Part shown: positions 1 through 8,781 of the stretch, one piece after another
How positions within the stretch are numbered: position 1 is the stretch's first letter
How the letters are laid out: every line of letters starts with the position of its first letter
Origin: Patescibacteria group bacterium
GTDB taxonomy: Bacteria > Patescibacteriota > Microgenomatia > UBA10105 > UBA927
NCBI GenBank assembly: GCA_035510735.1
Contig: DATKGN010000013.1
Coordinates: 192,596 to 256,595 of the forward strand
Length of the DNA stretch: 64,000 nt
Direction: 5' to 3'
Translations under genes and position numbers: made by a program
The notes under the pieces: model-generated
Seen by the model: only the letters and a program-made list of their open reading frames with translations
Told to the model about the DNA's origin: nothing
Databases searched by the model: none

Positions 1-475
1 GAGCAATCGCGACCCGTTGAATTTGTCCGCCTGAAAGCTGATTTGACAGATTGTGTGCTTTATCTTTTAGATGAACCATCTCAAGCATATCCAATGCCCG
101 TCCTTCCCGATCAGCTATGGGAACATTTCCGTACATCATCGGACGCTCGACATTTTTTAGTACGGTTGTTCGAGCTAAAAGATTAAACGATTGAAAAACA
201 AATCCAATACGTTTGTTGCGAATTTTAGCTAATTGATTTGCGGTATATTTGCTGATTTCGGTTCCATCCAGGTAGTATTGTCCGGACGTGGGGGAATCCA
301 GTGCTCCCATAATATGCATGGCAGTAGACTTGCCGGATCCGGAAGGTCCCATGATTGCCACAAACTCACCCTCAAAGATCTCAATGGTAATCCCTTTAAG
401 CGCTTGATAATCAGAATCACCTAAATGATATGATTTGATTATATTTTTCAAATGAATGACTGGTTCTCTCTTCAT
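1..475 (-). CDS. ABC transporter ATP-binding protein, MacB/LolD-like (3' end runs off window edge)
   Basis: Minus-strand translation from the ATG at 475 gives MKREPVIHLKNII... with Walker A GPSGSGKST and ABC signature LSGGQIQRVAIA near position 1. It is absent from the ORF track because there is no stop inside the window. Confidence 0.85.
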   Translation of the reverse strand, partial: MKREPVIHLKNIIKSYHLGDSDYQALKGITIEIFEGEFVAIMGPSGSGKSTAMHIMGALDSPTSGQYYLDGTEISKYTANQLAKIRNKRIGFVFQSFNLLARTTVLKNVERPMMYGNVPIADREGRALDMLEMVHLKDKAHNLSNQLSGGQIQRVAIA

Positions 476-493
476 ATTTCATATTCAAATCTA

Positions 494-1789
494 TTATCCC
501 GGCGGTCCACCCATCAACCCTCCTTTGCTTTGAGAGCTGGTAGACGTTGATGATGTTGATGTTCCGGTTACCACCTCCATGCCTTCAGCTACACCCTCCA
601 AGATTTCGGTTTCATTGGTACCCTTAATACCCGTTTTTACCTGGACATATTTGAGTTGATTCCCAGGCTTACTTGTATCTCGTACCTGCACAGCTTTACC
701 ACCTTTGTACGGCTTAACCGCACTATTGGGCACCACGAGTGCATTTTCGTGTTTCGTCGTTTCAATGGTGACAACGGCACTCATCTGAGGCTTAATTTGA
801 TTCTCAGAATCCGCAATTTTGACGTAAACATTGTATGTTATCACCCCAGAGGTATCCGTACCGTAATTATCAACCCGAGTTACCTCCCCGCTCAATGTCT
901 TGTCTTTTATTGCGTTAAGTGTAATTGTCGCTTTTTGTCCAACCTTTATTTTATTAATATCTACTTCGTTTATCTGAATTTTCACAATATTTTCCGAAGC
1001 TGTTCCTATAACGAGTACCGGAGAAGCGGATGTATTGGTATTTGAGCCACTGGTATTCATTGCAGCTGTCACTTGATCACCGACACTGTATGATACATTC
1101 GAAATTGTCCCGCCCACCTGTGCAGTAATCACTATATCTTGTGTTGCTTGATAACTTAGCCAAGAACTATTAAGAGCAGCTTGCGCTTGATTAACCGCCG
1201 TTTGTTGATCTTTATATTTGGATTCATCTGCCAACCAATTTTCCTGTGATGTAATAAATGCCGCACTTTCTCTGTTCGTTGAATTAGGTGAACCATCTCC
1301 ATTGGTATACGTAGAATTCGTTGATAAATTATAAAATGTGTCCCAGGCCGTATACATCTGAGATCGCAGTGAGTGAGCGGTAGACTGAGCGGAATTTAAA
1401 TTTTCCTGAGCAGAAAGATAATTTGCATACGCACTGGCTTTATCTTGATCCGATGCCGTTGATTTAACTTTAAAAAGATTATCACCTTTATTAACTAATT
1501 GACCGTTTTCTACATAAAGATCCTCAATAACCCCGCTGGAGACAGAGTACACTGTTAATTGATTGGATTGCACATTTCCGCTTTCGCTAACAGTATCGAC
1601 AACGGTTGCTCTTTTAACGGTGTCAGTGGTTACTTGCCCTTGTTGTTTGCCTGATAAAAGTGGTACAGAAACTAACAGTACGACGGCTCCTGCAGCGATA
1701 ACAGTAAGAATCTTTTTCTTTAAAGATGCATTTTGAAACCATTTTAGAAAACCCGTAAGTTTACTAAAAACAGACCTAAATATCTTCAT
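494..1789 (-). CDS. HlyD/MacA-family periplasmic adaptor (membrane fusion protein) of efflux pump
   Basis: 431 aa with an N-terminal TM segment, long coiled-coil/beta-barrel regions and a biotin-lipoyl-like motif (VYSVSSGVIEDLYVENGQLVNKGDNLFKV). It lies immediately upstream of the ABC ATPase on the same strand. Confidence 0.8.
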   Translation of the reverse strand: MKIFRSVFSKLTGFLKWFQNASLKKKILTVIAAGAVVLLVSVPLLSGKQQGQVTTDTVKRATVVDTVSESGNVQSNQLTVYSVSSGVIEDLYVENGQLVNKGDNLFKVKSTASDQDKASAYANYLSAQENLNSAQSTAHSLRSQMYTAWDTFYNLSTNSTYTNGDGSPNSTNRESAAFITSQENWLADESKYKDQQTAVNQAQAALNSSWLSYQATQDIVITAQVGGTISNVSYSVGDQVTAAMNTSGSNTNTSASPVLVIGTASENIVKIQINEVDINKIKVGQKATITLNAIKDKTLSGEVTRVDNYGTDTSGVITYNVYVKIADSENQIKPQMSAVVTIETTKHENALVVPNSAVKPYKGGKAVQVRDTSKPGNQLKYVQVKTGIKGTNETEILEGVAEGMEVVTGTSTSSTSTSSQSKGGLMGGPPG

Positions 1790-1809
1790 ATAAGTTCAGT
1801 TTATACTGT

Positions 1810-1909
1810 GGCGCTTAAAAGTGACTTAAAATAGAAAATCACTCTTGCATATATATTTATAGTACATCTTTAGCGTATGAATTGGGCGCTTAAAGATCGC
1901 TGAAAATTA
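1810..1909 (-). promoter_or_regulatory. two copies of direct-repeat box CGCTTAAAAG-N3-CTTAAAAT upstream of the adaptor/ABC operon
   Basis: ggcgcttaaaagtgacttaaaata (1810-1833) and gggcgcttaaagatcgctgaaaatta (1884-1909). A third copy sits upstream of the regulator gene (3645-3670). Confidence 0.4.
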
Positions 1910-1928
1910 CTGTATATAGTAATTTATC

Positions 1929-2942
1929 TTAGGCGGCAGAAAGTGGAAGTTGGATTGTAAAGGTCGTGCCGCTGCCAATTTTGCTCTCAACGGAGATAGA
2001 GCCCTTGTGGGACTGGACAATTTCCTTAGCGATCGAAAGTCCTAGACCATACCCAACTGTTTTTGAACGAGATTTATCAGCTTGGTAGAAACGGTCAAAA
2101 ATACGTAAACGATCTTTTTCGGTTATTCCTACCCCTTGATCGGAAACAGTAATCAATACATGGTGATCGGTTTTCTTCGAAGCTAATTTTACTGCTGAAT
2201 GATCAGGGCTATATTTAACGGCATTATCCAATAAAATTACAAAGAGTTCTACAAGGCTTTGTTCCTCACCTCGTAATATATAATCATCAACTACGTTGTT
2301 AATAACAATGTGCTTTTGTTTTGCGAGTGGTACAATTTTTTTCAAAGCAGCTTCCGTAACCTCCAGAAGTGAAACATCTTTCAGTTTTAAGTTCCCGCGT
2401 TTTTTTTGCTGCTTTGTAAGCTCTAATAGATTTTCAGCAAGTCCCTGAAGATTAATTATCTCCTCATAGCTACTTTTTATGAGCTTTTCAGACTCTTCTG
2501 TAGAAATATTTTTTTCAAGCATGGCTACTTCAAATTCTGTGCGAATTGCCGTAATAGGAGTTTTCAACTCGTGCGAAGCGTCAGTAATGAATCTACTTTG
2601 TTCATCCATCATTTCTTTAATCGGACGAAGTGTCCTTCCAGCTAATATATATCCAGCTCCTCCTGATACGCAAAGCACAACACCATTTACTATTATCAAA
2701 ATAAAAAGGATCCTATTTTTTACTGACTCTGGATCAACAGGTGGCGGAAGTGGCATAGGTGTATTTACAGGTGGACTGATTCGAACACTATTTTGTATAT
2801 TAAATTGTTGAAATTCAGACATACGGTCAAGCTGTGTGGCTATGCCCAAATAAATTACTACGCTGAATATTAGAGTAATTATTATGCTAATAATTACATA
2901 CCATGCAGTTAATTTTAGTCTAGTAGAATGGAATGTATTCAT
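1929..2942 (-). CDS. two-component sensor histidine kinase
   Basis: N-terminal TM segment, H-box HELKTPITAI, and HATPase_c motifs (DRFYQAD...GYGLGLSIAKEIV...GSGTTFTIQLP). Confidence 0.85.
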   Translation of the reverse strand: MNTFHSTRLKLTAWYVIISIIITLIFSVVIYLGIATQLDRMSEFQQFNIQNSVRISPPVNTPMPLPPPVDPESVKNRILFILIIVNGVVLCVSGGAGYILAGRTLRPIKEMMDEQSRFITDASHELKTPITAIRTEFEVAMLEKNISTEESEKLIKSSYEEIINLQGLAENLLELTKQQKKRGNLKLKDVSLLEVTEAALKKIVPLAKQKHIVINNVVDDYILRGEEQSLVELFVILLDNAVKYSPDHSAVKLASKKTDHHVLITVSDQGVGITEKDRLRIFDRFYQADKSRSKTVGYGLGLSIAKEIVQSHKGSISVESKIGSGTTFTIQLPLSAA

Positions 2943-2944
2943 AC

Positions 2945-3625
2945 TTATTCTTCTTCCGATAGTCTATAACCACTAAATCCTTTGACGGTATGAATCAGAT
3001 GATTTTTTGGAAAAGGGTCGTCTATCTTCGCTCTCAGATGTCTAATGTAGACCTCTACCGAATTAGGGAGCACATCAGCGTCGTAATCCCACACATGGTG
3101 AATAATTTGTTCTTTCGTAAGAGTCTGATTTTTGTGGTGCATTAGATACTCAAGAAGAGAGTATTCTTTATTTGAAAGTCGAATTTTTTGACCTGCTCGT
3201 TTTACCTCATAATTCGTAGTATCGAGAGTTAGATCAGCAATTGTTAAGATTGTGCCAGCAGAGCTTTGAGGACGGCGGGTCAATGCTTTGATTCGTACCA
3301 ATAGTTCAGCAAAAGCGAATGGTTTTGTTAAATAGTCATCCGCTCCAGAATTGAATCCAAGTACTTTGTCTTCAATTTGACTTTTCGCAGTTAGCATCAA
3401 AATAGGGGTATGAATATTATTCTCTCGAAGCTTTTTGCAAATTTCAATACCATCCACTCCGGGCAACATGACGTCTAAAATGATGACATCATATTCCTCT
3501 GTAACTGCCATATCGTAGCCTTCGTTTCCGTTGTAAATTACATCGACAGCGTATGATTCGTGCTCCAAGCCTTGTTTAACCGCGTTGGCAATTTTATGTT
3601 CATCCTCTATAACCAGAATTCTCAT
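2945..3625 (-). CDS. OmpR/PhoB-family response regulator
   Basis: MRILVIEDE...DVMLPGVDG receiver domain followed by a winged-helix trans_reg_C domain. It is separated by 2 bp from the kinase gene. Confidence 0.9.
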   Translation of the reverse strand: MRILVIEDEHKIANAVKQGLEHESYAVDVIYNGNEGYDMAVTEEYDVIILDVMLPGVDGIEICKKLRENNIHTPILMLTAKSQIEDKVLGFNSGADDYLTKPFAFAELLVRIKALTRRPQSSAGTILTIADLTLDTTNYEVKRAGQKIRLSNKEYSLLEYLMHHKNQTLTKEQIIHHVWDYDADVLPNSVEVYIRHLRAKIDDPFPKNHLIHTVKGFSGYRLSEEE

Positions 3626-3644
3626 ATTATCTATTATATAAATT

Positions 3645-3670
3645 TCGCTTAAAAGTAGCTTAAATTAAGC
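3645..3670 (-). promoter_or_regulatory. third copy of the CGCTTAAAAG-N-CTTAAATT box, in the promoter of the response regulator gene
   Basis: ttcgcttaaaagtagcttaaattaagc, 20-45 nt upstream of the regulator start. Confidence 0.35.
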
Positions 3671-3804
3671 TAGGCAAACATACTACGCTCATGAGACACT
3701 TCCTTTTATACTGTCTCATTTGTCTCATTTAGCCTCGGGGTGATACACTATAGGAGTTAAGTTATAACGATCGTAAGGACCGTGACCGGTACGCTCAAGC
3801 CAAT

Positions 3805-4260
3805 ATGGATACTCAAATTAAAAAAACGACTGACACTGTAGCTGCATTAAATATTGCCAAGAAAAACCCCCACTACTTTAATCCCTATGGTCTAAAAGCA
3901 ATGGAGAAAGATTTCAAAACAGGATTTCTAATAGGCGCCTACCATGAAAATATAATGGTAGGATTTGTCGCATTCAAGGAATTAAATGATCAAACTGTCG
4001 AACTTAAGTGGCTGGCAATAGAACCAAAATATCAAAATCAGGGCACAGGAACGCTTCTTGTAAACGAGGGCGTTACATTACTTCCAAAGAAATATGCTAT
4101 ATGCGAGATGAAAACATTGTCAGAAATTGATCCTGACCTGCAATATGCTAGAACGAGAAAATTTTATAAAAAGCTAGAATTTATACCACTCGAAACAATA
4201 AGCCCATATCCTGATTGGGGAAAAGATAATCCTTGTCAAATATTTGTGAAGGTTTTATAG
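3805..4260 (+). CDS. GNAT family N-acetyltransferase
   Basis: 151 aa with the acetyl-CoA binding motif WLAIEPKYQNQGTGTLLV. Confidence 0.7.
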   Translation: MDTQIKKTTDTVAALNIAKKNPHYFNPYGLKAMEKDFKTGFLIGAYHENIMVGFVAFKELNDQTVELKWLAIEPKYQNQGTGTLLVNEGVTLLPKKYAICEMKTLSEIDPDLQYARTRKFYKKLEFIPLETISPYPDWGKDNPCQIFVKVL

Positions 4261-4333
4261 GATTAAACGCTTCTGGACCGGCGCGCTCAGCAAAATATGT
4301 CAAAAATTACCAGTCTGGGTCATTCGGATACTA

Positions 4334-5005
4334 TTATTCCTCATTGTGTTCAAACAGAGTATCGGTTCCTAACTTTCTTGCCGTAACGAGTATATAATCT
4401 ATGCTAGGTGTATCTATCCATTCTTCCGCTTGTAATCTCCTTTGACTAAATGCCTGCGCAAGACTTTCTTTTGATGGGACTAAATCTTCCTTAAATTCTT
4501 CGCGCTCCCTGTGTTTTTTGTTTAATGCCTCGCGGGATAAATCATGTGCGATGATTAACCTGCCATTAGGTTTTAAAACGCGGGATATCTCACCTATTAA
4601 TCCGGGTATATCACTTTTAAAGTGCGGTAAAGCATTAAATATGATAACGGTATCATATGCATTGCCAGGAAGACCGGTTTCCTGAGCATCCGCCACTACA
4701 AATTTTACTTGATCAGCCATTCCTAACTCATCGGCTTTTGCTTTGGCTCCCGCAAGCATAACCGGAGACACGTCCAGTTCTGTCACAAAACCGATTCTCC
4801 CATTCTGCGCGAACGTCAGGAGGGTTCCTTTACCGCACGCAAGATCTAAAATTATCGCTCCGGGAGTAAAAACATTATGTTGTTCAAATATAGCAGTGAG
4901 ACGCTGTCTTTCAGCATCCCCCGTGAGAGGATTATCCCACGCATTTGTGTATCGTTGACCTACTCTATTCCACGTTTTTTCTGCTTCTACAGCTTCTGGT
5001 CTCAT
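4334..5005 (-). CDS. class I SAM-dependent methyltransferase
   Basis: Motif I ILDLACGKGTLL, motif II VIIFNALPHF, and motif post-II LKPNGRLII. Confidence 0.75.
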   Translation of the reverse strand: MRPEAVEAEKTWNRVGQRYTNAWDNPLTGDAERQRLTAIFEQHNVFTPGAIILDLACGKGTLLTFAQNGRIGFVTELDVSPVMLAGAKAKADELGMADQVKFVVADAQETGLPGNAYDTVIIFNALPHFKSDIPGLIGEISRVLKPNGRLIIAHDLSREALNKKHREREEFKEDLVPSKESLAQAFSQRRLQAEEWIDTPSIDYILVTARKLGTDTLFEHNEE

Positions 5006-5163
5006 ACCTCAATTATAGCATTCTAATGCTCCAAGCATACAATAACAGATATATAGGCAATAATATTTCTCAAGAGATTTTCACCTGTCTCACTTCACTT
5101 CGCTCAGTGTAAATATTTAGATTAGGTGGTGCTACTGAAGAATGAGTCAAAACGCTTCCTTCT

Positions 5164-5829
5164 TTAGTGCCAGTCGATGGGGGTCATACCATTCTTTACA
5201 AGGTATGCGTTACACCGTGAAAAGTGATGGTTTCCGTAAAAATATGTCACGGAATACGGAGACGGGTGAGCAGAAGTTAACACTAAGTTTTTTTCCCTAT
5301 CAATGACTACTCCTTTATTCTGTGCATACCGTCCCCACAACATGTAAACCACGTGTTCACGGTTAGCGTTCAGTGTTTGGATAGTGGCATCGGTAAATGC
5401 TTCCCATCCAATGCCTGCGTGTGACGCCGGGCTTCCCGCCAAAACAGTAAGTACGCTGTTGAGCATGAGAACTCCCTGACCGGCCCAACGGGAAAGATCG
5501 CCGGAGGGAAGGGGCGTAATCTTCAAATCATTTTGAATTTCTTTATAGATATTTTGAAGTGACGGAGGAAGATCGATTCCCTTATTCACAGAAAAAGATA
5601 ACCCGTTTGCCTGATTTTTTCCATGATAGGGGTCCTGCCCGATGATGACCACTTTCACTTTATCAAGGGGCGTGAGATCAAATGCGCGGAAAATATTTCC
5701 GGGAGCTGGATAAACGGTTGTTTTTGTATATTGTTTCTTGACGGCCGTTGTTAATGATTTCCAATACGGTTTATCAAATTCAATCGCGAGTGCCTTTTTC
5801 CATGTGGGATGAATCTTTACGTCGGTCAT
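5164..5829 (-). CDS. ung: uracil-DNA glycosylase (family 1)
   Basis: Water-activating loop VVIIGQDPYHG, GLSFSV, and C-terminal HPSPYSV (HPSPLS-like) motifs. Confidence 0.85.
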   Translation of the reverse strand: MTDVKIHPTWKKALAIEFDKPYWKSLTTAVKKQYTKTTVYPAPGNIFRAFDLTPLDKVKVVIIGQDPYHGKNQANGLSFSVNKGIDLPPSLQNIYKEIQNDLKITPLPSGDLSRWAGQGVLMLNSVLTVLAGSPASHAGIGWEAFTDATIQTLNANREHVVYMLWGRYAQNKGVVIDREKNLVLTSAHPSPYSVTYFYGNHHFSRCNAYLVKNGMTPIDWH

Positions 5830-5908
5830 AAGAGAGTATTATACGCAAAATACCCCTTACACAACACTGAGGAAAAACATCATACCCCAGTCTTGAAGCA
5901 TTTTACAC

Positions 5909-6109
5909 TTACATGTGGAGCATTCCTAAAACCCGGTATATAAGAAGGGCAGGCCAGACGATGGCACGCAAAACCGCCATGACTCCTCCACCGAATGTCG
6001 TGACATGCTGGAAATAATATACAGCCGATCCTATGAGTCCCAATCCGTACACCGCGCCGCCGCCAGCGTTGGCGCCATGATGATGACATTCGCATTTTTC
6101 ATTTTTCAT
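5909..6109 (-). CDS. small hydrophobic protein with Cys/His-rich N-terminus (MKNEKCECHHHG...)
   Basis: RBS AAGGGAGA lies 7 nt upstream of the ATG at 6109. About 66 aa, Gly-rich hydrophobic core. The longer track ORF starting at 6127 lacks an RBS. Confidence 0.4.
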   Translation of the reverse strand: MKNEKCECHHHGANAGGGAVYGLGLIGSAVYYFQHVTTFGGGVMAVLRAIVWPALLIYRVLGMLHM

Positions 6110-6197
6110 AAAATTATCTCCCTTCATAATTTTTCCACATCTGAAGGTTTAATGCTGTAATTTGTCATACGTGCTAATTTGATATAATTCCATCATA

Positions 6198-7277
6198 TTG
6201 AAAAAATACTCAGTGCTGGTAATCCTCGTTTTAGTCATTATCTTTTTGTGGCTGATAGTTGGCTTGCGGAAAAACCAAAGCTTTACTAACGGCATTTTGC
6301 CTATACAATTTCAAGCAAAAACCGATTCCACTAAACCGACTCCCACACCAATACCTGCGTACGACCTGACCATCCCGTATTTGCGGTCACGGACATATAC
6401 AAGCAGCTTGGGAAGCCTCCAAAAGGTAAATGAATACGGGTCGTATACTTCATACGTGACGAGCTATACGTCTGACGGACTTAAGATCAATGGTTTACTT
6501 ACCAAGCCAAGCGGCATCGAACCCCCCGGCGGATGGCCGGGGATTGTTTTTGTCCACGGATACATCCCTCCGAAAACATATGAGACACTGGGACAACCAT
6601 ATTCCGCTTACGTCGATTATCTCGCCAAAAGCGGATTTGTCGTTTTTAAAATTGACCTCCGGGGCCATGGGGATTCACAGGGAGAAGCCCGGGGCGGATA
6701 TTACTCTTCGGATTATGTGATTGACACATTAAACGCGTATGCAGCACTTGCAACTGCAGATTTCGTAAACTCCAAGAAGATCGGAATGTGGGGACACAGC
6801 ATGGCCGGCAATACATTACTTCGGGCTTTTGTCGTCCGCCCCACCATCCCGGCTGTCGTGATTTGGGCAGGGGCAGGATACACCTATGTCGATCTTTCGC
6901 AGTATGGCCTCCATGACGCCAGCTATCAGCCGCTGCCGCGCCCCACCGGCGCATCAGGATCTGCGCAACAAAGGAATACTAATCAGGCAAGACAGATTTA
7001 CGGTGATCCGAGAAACGGTAACCCGTTTTGGAAATTGGTGGCAGCGACGAATTATCTCAATGATTTGAAAGGGGCAATCCAGCTTGATCAGGCAACGGAT
7101 GACCAAACAGTCAGTATCGAATATAGCCGGAATTTAAACATGCTATTAAACGCTACTTCAGTTGTGCATGAGTTTAATGAATTCCCAAGCGGCGGCCACA
7201 ACATATCCGGCGTCAATTTCACGGAAGCAATGAATAAAACCGTCGGGTTCTTTGACACATATCTAAAAGGAAAATAA
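6198..7277 (+). CDS. membrane-anchored alpha/beta hydrolase (S9 peptidase / dienelactone hydrolase-like)
   Basis: N-terminal TM segment, nucleophile elbow GHSMAG, and DLRGHGDS motif. Confidence 0.7.
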   Translation: MKKYSVLVILVLVIIFLWLIVGLRKNQSFTNGILPIQFQAKTDSTKPTPTPIPAYDLTIPYLRSRTYTSSLGSLQKVNEYGSYTSYVTSYTSDGLKINGLLTKPSGIEPPGGWPGIVFVHGYIPPKTYETLGQPYSAYVDYLAKSGFVVFKIDLRGHGDSQGEARGGYYSSDYVIDTLNAYAALATADFVNSKKIGMWGHSMAGNTLLRAFVVRPTIPAVVIWAGAGYTYVDLSQYGLHDASYQPLPRPTGASGSAQQRNTNQARQIYGDPRNGNPFWKLVAATNYLNDLKGAIQLDQATDDQTVSIEYSRNLNMLLNATSVVHEFNEFPSGGHNISGVNFTEAMNKTVGFFDTYLKGK

Positions 7278-7351
7278 GATTTCCGATCGATCATCCCAAG
7301 TCGTCATCCGGAGGTTAGACTTTATCTTTCAAGCAAGAAAGTGATGGTTCC

Positions 7352-7412
7352 CTCGACTCACGCTTGGGATTTCGCTTCCAAAATGAGTAGACGCTCAAAT
7401 TGCCAATCATGC
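7352..7412 (-). repeat. decayed duplicate of the 3' terminus of CDS 7805..8311
   Basis: cgcttgggatttcgcttccaaaatgagtagacgctcaaattgccaatca matches cgctcgggatttcgcttcaaagccagtagtcgctcaaattgtctatcg (7846-7896) at about 44/50 positions with one indel. In the gene's frame it reads QFERLLILEAKSQA*, versus QFERLLALKRNPERSEW in the real gene. Confidence 0.6.
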
Positions 7413-7508
7413 TGACAGGCATGGTGCAAACCAACAGGATAAATCTTATATAAATAACTCTAGGCTTGTTAAATATTGCAATATAGCGTACACTTGTATT
7501 TGCTAGGT

Positions 7509-7799
7509 ATGGAGAATAAAAAAGTCCTAATGGTTATCGGCGGTTTACTTCTTCTTGGAGTTGTTGCCTACGTAGCTTTCTTCTCAGGCAAGCAACAAGC
7601 AATACAAACCCAGGTTCAACCAGCTATGCAAGCCTCACCATCGACAACGTTGACAGAAACGCTAACACCTACGTTAACTTCAACACCAACCCCTACCTTG
7701 ACGTTAACGCCAACACCTACCACAACAAATAGTCCAACCCCCACACCAACAACCATGTCTTCTCCCACTCCCTCCTCGACACCTACCCCGACTCCTTAA
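7509..7799 (+). CDS. small membrane-anchored protein with Thr-Pro repeat tail
   Basis: MENKKVLMVIGGLLLLGVVAYVAFF followed by TPTLTSTPTPTLTLTPTPTT repeats. It sits between gene 7805..8311 and the decayed copy of that gene's 3' end. Confidence 0.4.
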   Translation: MENKKVLMVIGGLLLLGVVAYVAFFSGKQQAIQTQVQPAMQASPSTTLTETLTPTLTSTPTPTLTLTPTPTTTNSPTPTPTTMSSPTPSSTPTPTP

Positions 7800-7804
7800 A
7801 TAAT

Positions 7805-8311
7805 TTAAGTTATTTTTCCTAATTTGAACAAACGGTTATTCCACTCGCTTCGCTCGGGATTTCGCTTCAAAGCCAGTAGTCGCTCAAATTGTCTATCGCG
7901 CTCTTTGGCAGCCGCCGCTTCGGCATTCGTTGGGTTAGCGCGGAAAACTGCCTGCTGTGCGTAAATCGCAGAACCATACGCATGTCTCGGCACGTGGACA
8001 GTCGCAACAGCCTGACCGCATGCGCGGGCAGCGGATCTGGCCGGGCTATCCTCTCCCACATCACGGGCCGCGGCGTGCGAATCAAGCGACACCTTCCGAA
8101 TAACAGCCATCTTAAAGATTCCGTCACCTATCCATTTTTGAAGCGTTTCAATTGCCTTTCGGGGCCGATCATCATCGGGATATTTGTCTTCGAAGAATGG
8201 GAGAACGTGCTGGGCGCACTCAATTGCCCACTTGGCTAATACCTTGTGGTCTGTCTTTCCCACAAGCTCTAGCATTTCAGGATCTTTGTGTGTGATTACA
8301 AATTTTTTCAC
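7805..8311 (-). CDS. hypothetical all-alpha protein (possibly Imm5-like immunity-protein family; from memory only)
   Basis: 168-aa ORF. Its DNA is visibly more GC-rich than its flanks. A decayed duplicate of its 3' end lies at 7352-7412. Confidence 0.5.
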   Translation of the reverse strand: MKKFVITHKDPEMLELVGKTDHKVLAKWAIECAQHVLPFFEDKYPDDDRPRKAIETLQKWIGDGIFKMAVIRKVSLDSHAAARDVGEDSPARSAARACGQAVATVHVPRHAYGSAIYAQQAVFRANPTNAEAAAAKERDRQFERLLALKRNPERSEWNNRLFKLGKIT

Positions 8312-8616
8312 AGAAACTTATCTGCAAAAAGGCGGATTTCCTTGAGGATTGGGAGTATACCTGTGCCTTTCGGCGTCAATGAATACACGACTGATAATTT
8401 ATCCACCGTTTCTTCTTCCCGTTTGATAATCCCCTGCTTTTCAAGTCTTTTCAATCTACTGGTTAGCGTGGTCGGATTAACCCTGGAAATATCACGCTGG
8501 AGTTGGGCGAACCGTTTGTCTCCATCATGCAGCGCCTGAATGATCGCAAGCGTCCAGAAATCTCCAAGCATCTTGAGCTCCTTGTTAGAACATTTGTTGT
8601 GAACTTTGTTTGGCAT
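8308..8616 (-). CDS. HxlR-family winged-helix transcriptional regulator
   Basis: CSNKELKMLGDFWTLAIIQALHDGDKRFAQLQRDI...NPTTLTSRLKRLEKQGII. Confidence 0.8.
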   Translation of the reverse strand: MPNKVHNKCSNKELKMLGDFWTLAIIQALHDGDKRFAQLQRDISRVNPTTLTSRLKRLEKQGIIKREEETVDKLSVVYSLTPKGTGILPILKEIRLFADKFL

Positions 8617-8700
8617 ATTGACAGTACTATAAATATTGTAGTACTATAATTTATGTAGCAGTATATTACTACAGAAACGATTATAAAGTAAAGGCGTTTC
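8617..8700. promoter_or_regulatory. divergent promoter/operator region with palindromes GTACTATAAATATTGTAGTAC and TGTAGcagtatattaCTACA
   Basis: TTGACA-N17-TAGTACTATAAT promoter-like element at 8618-8650, and inverted repeats between the HxlR gene and the quinone reductase gene. Confidence 0.35.
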
Positions 8701-8770
8701 TGAGTATAGACCCATCTAATCACATTTTTCGTCGAGGCGACTCCAAATCTGAGTAAGATGGGATCTATAT
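8700..8770. repeat. inverted-repeat element (TGAGTATAGACCCAtCTA ... TGAGTAAGaTGGGATCTA), copy 1
   Basis: Arms tagacccatcta / agatgggatcta pair. A second copy at 25195-25300 has arms tagacccacct / aggtgggatcta, a compensatory C-to-T and G-to-A change, with an internal hairpin gtcgaggcgac. It lies in the 5' UTR of the reductase gene. Confidence 0.5.
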
Positions 8771-8781
8771 ACCAAAACATT

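Noticed and set aside
656-3000. Antisense ORFs in the track (656..1045 +, 2479..2811 +, and similar ORFs opposite the ABC exporters at 25466-28988)
   Set aside because: They lie wholly inside well-supported genes on the other strand, with no RBS or motifs.
7600-7800. ACACCNACNCC tandem repeats as a possible micro-satellite or CRISPR-like array
   Set aside because: They are simply the codons for the Thr-Pro tail of ORF 7509..7799. The same appears at 24990-25033 and 37123-37160.
8463-8780. 105-aa minus-strand ORF across the HxlR/reductase intergenic region
   Set aside because: It spans the divergent promoter and the inverted-repeat element, overlaps the HxlR coding region out of frame, and has no support.
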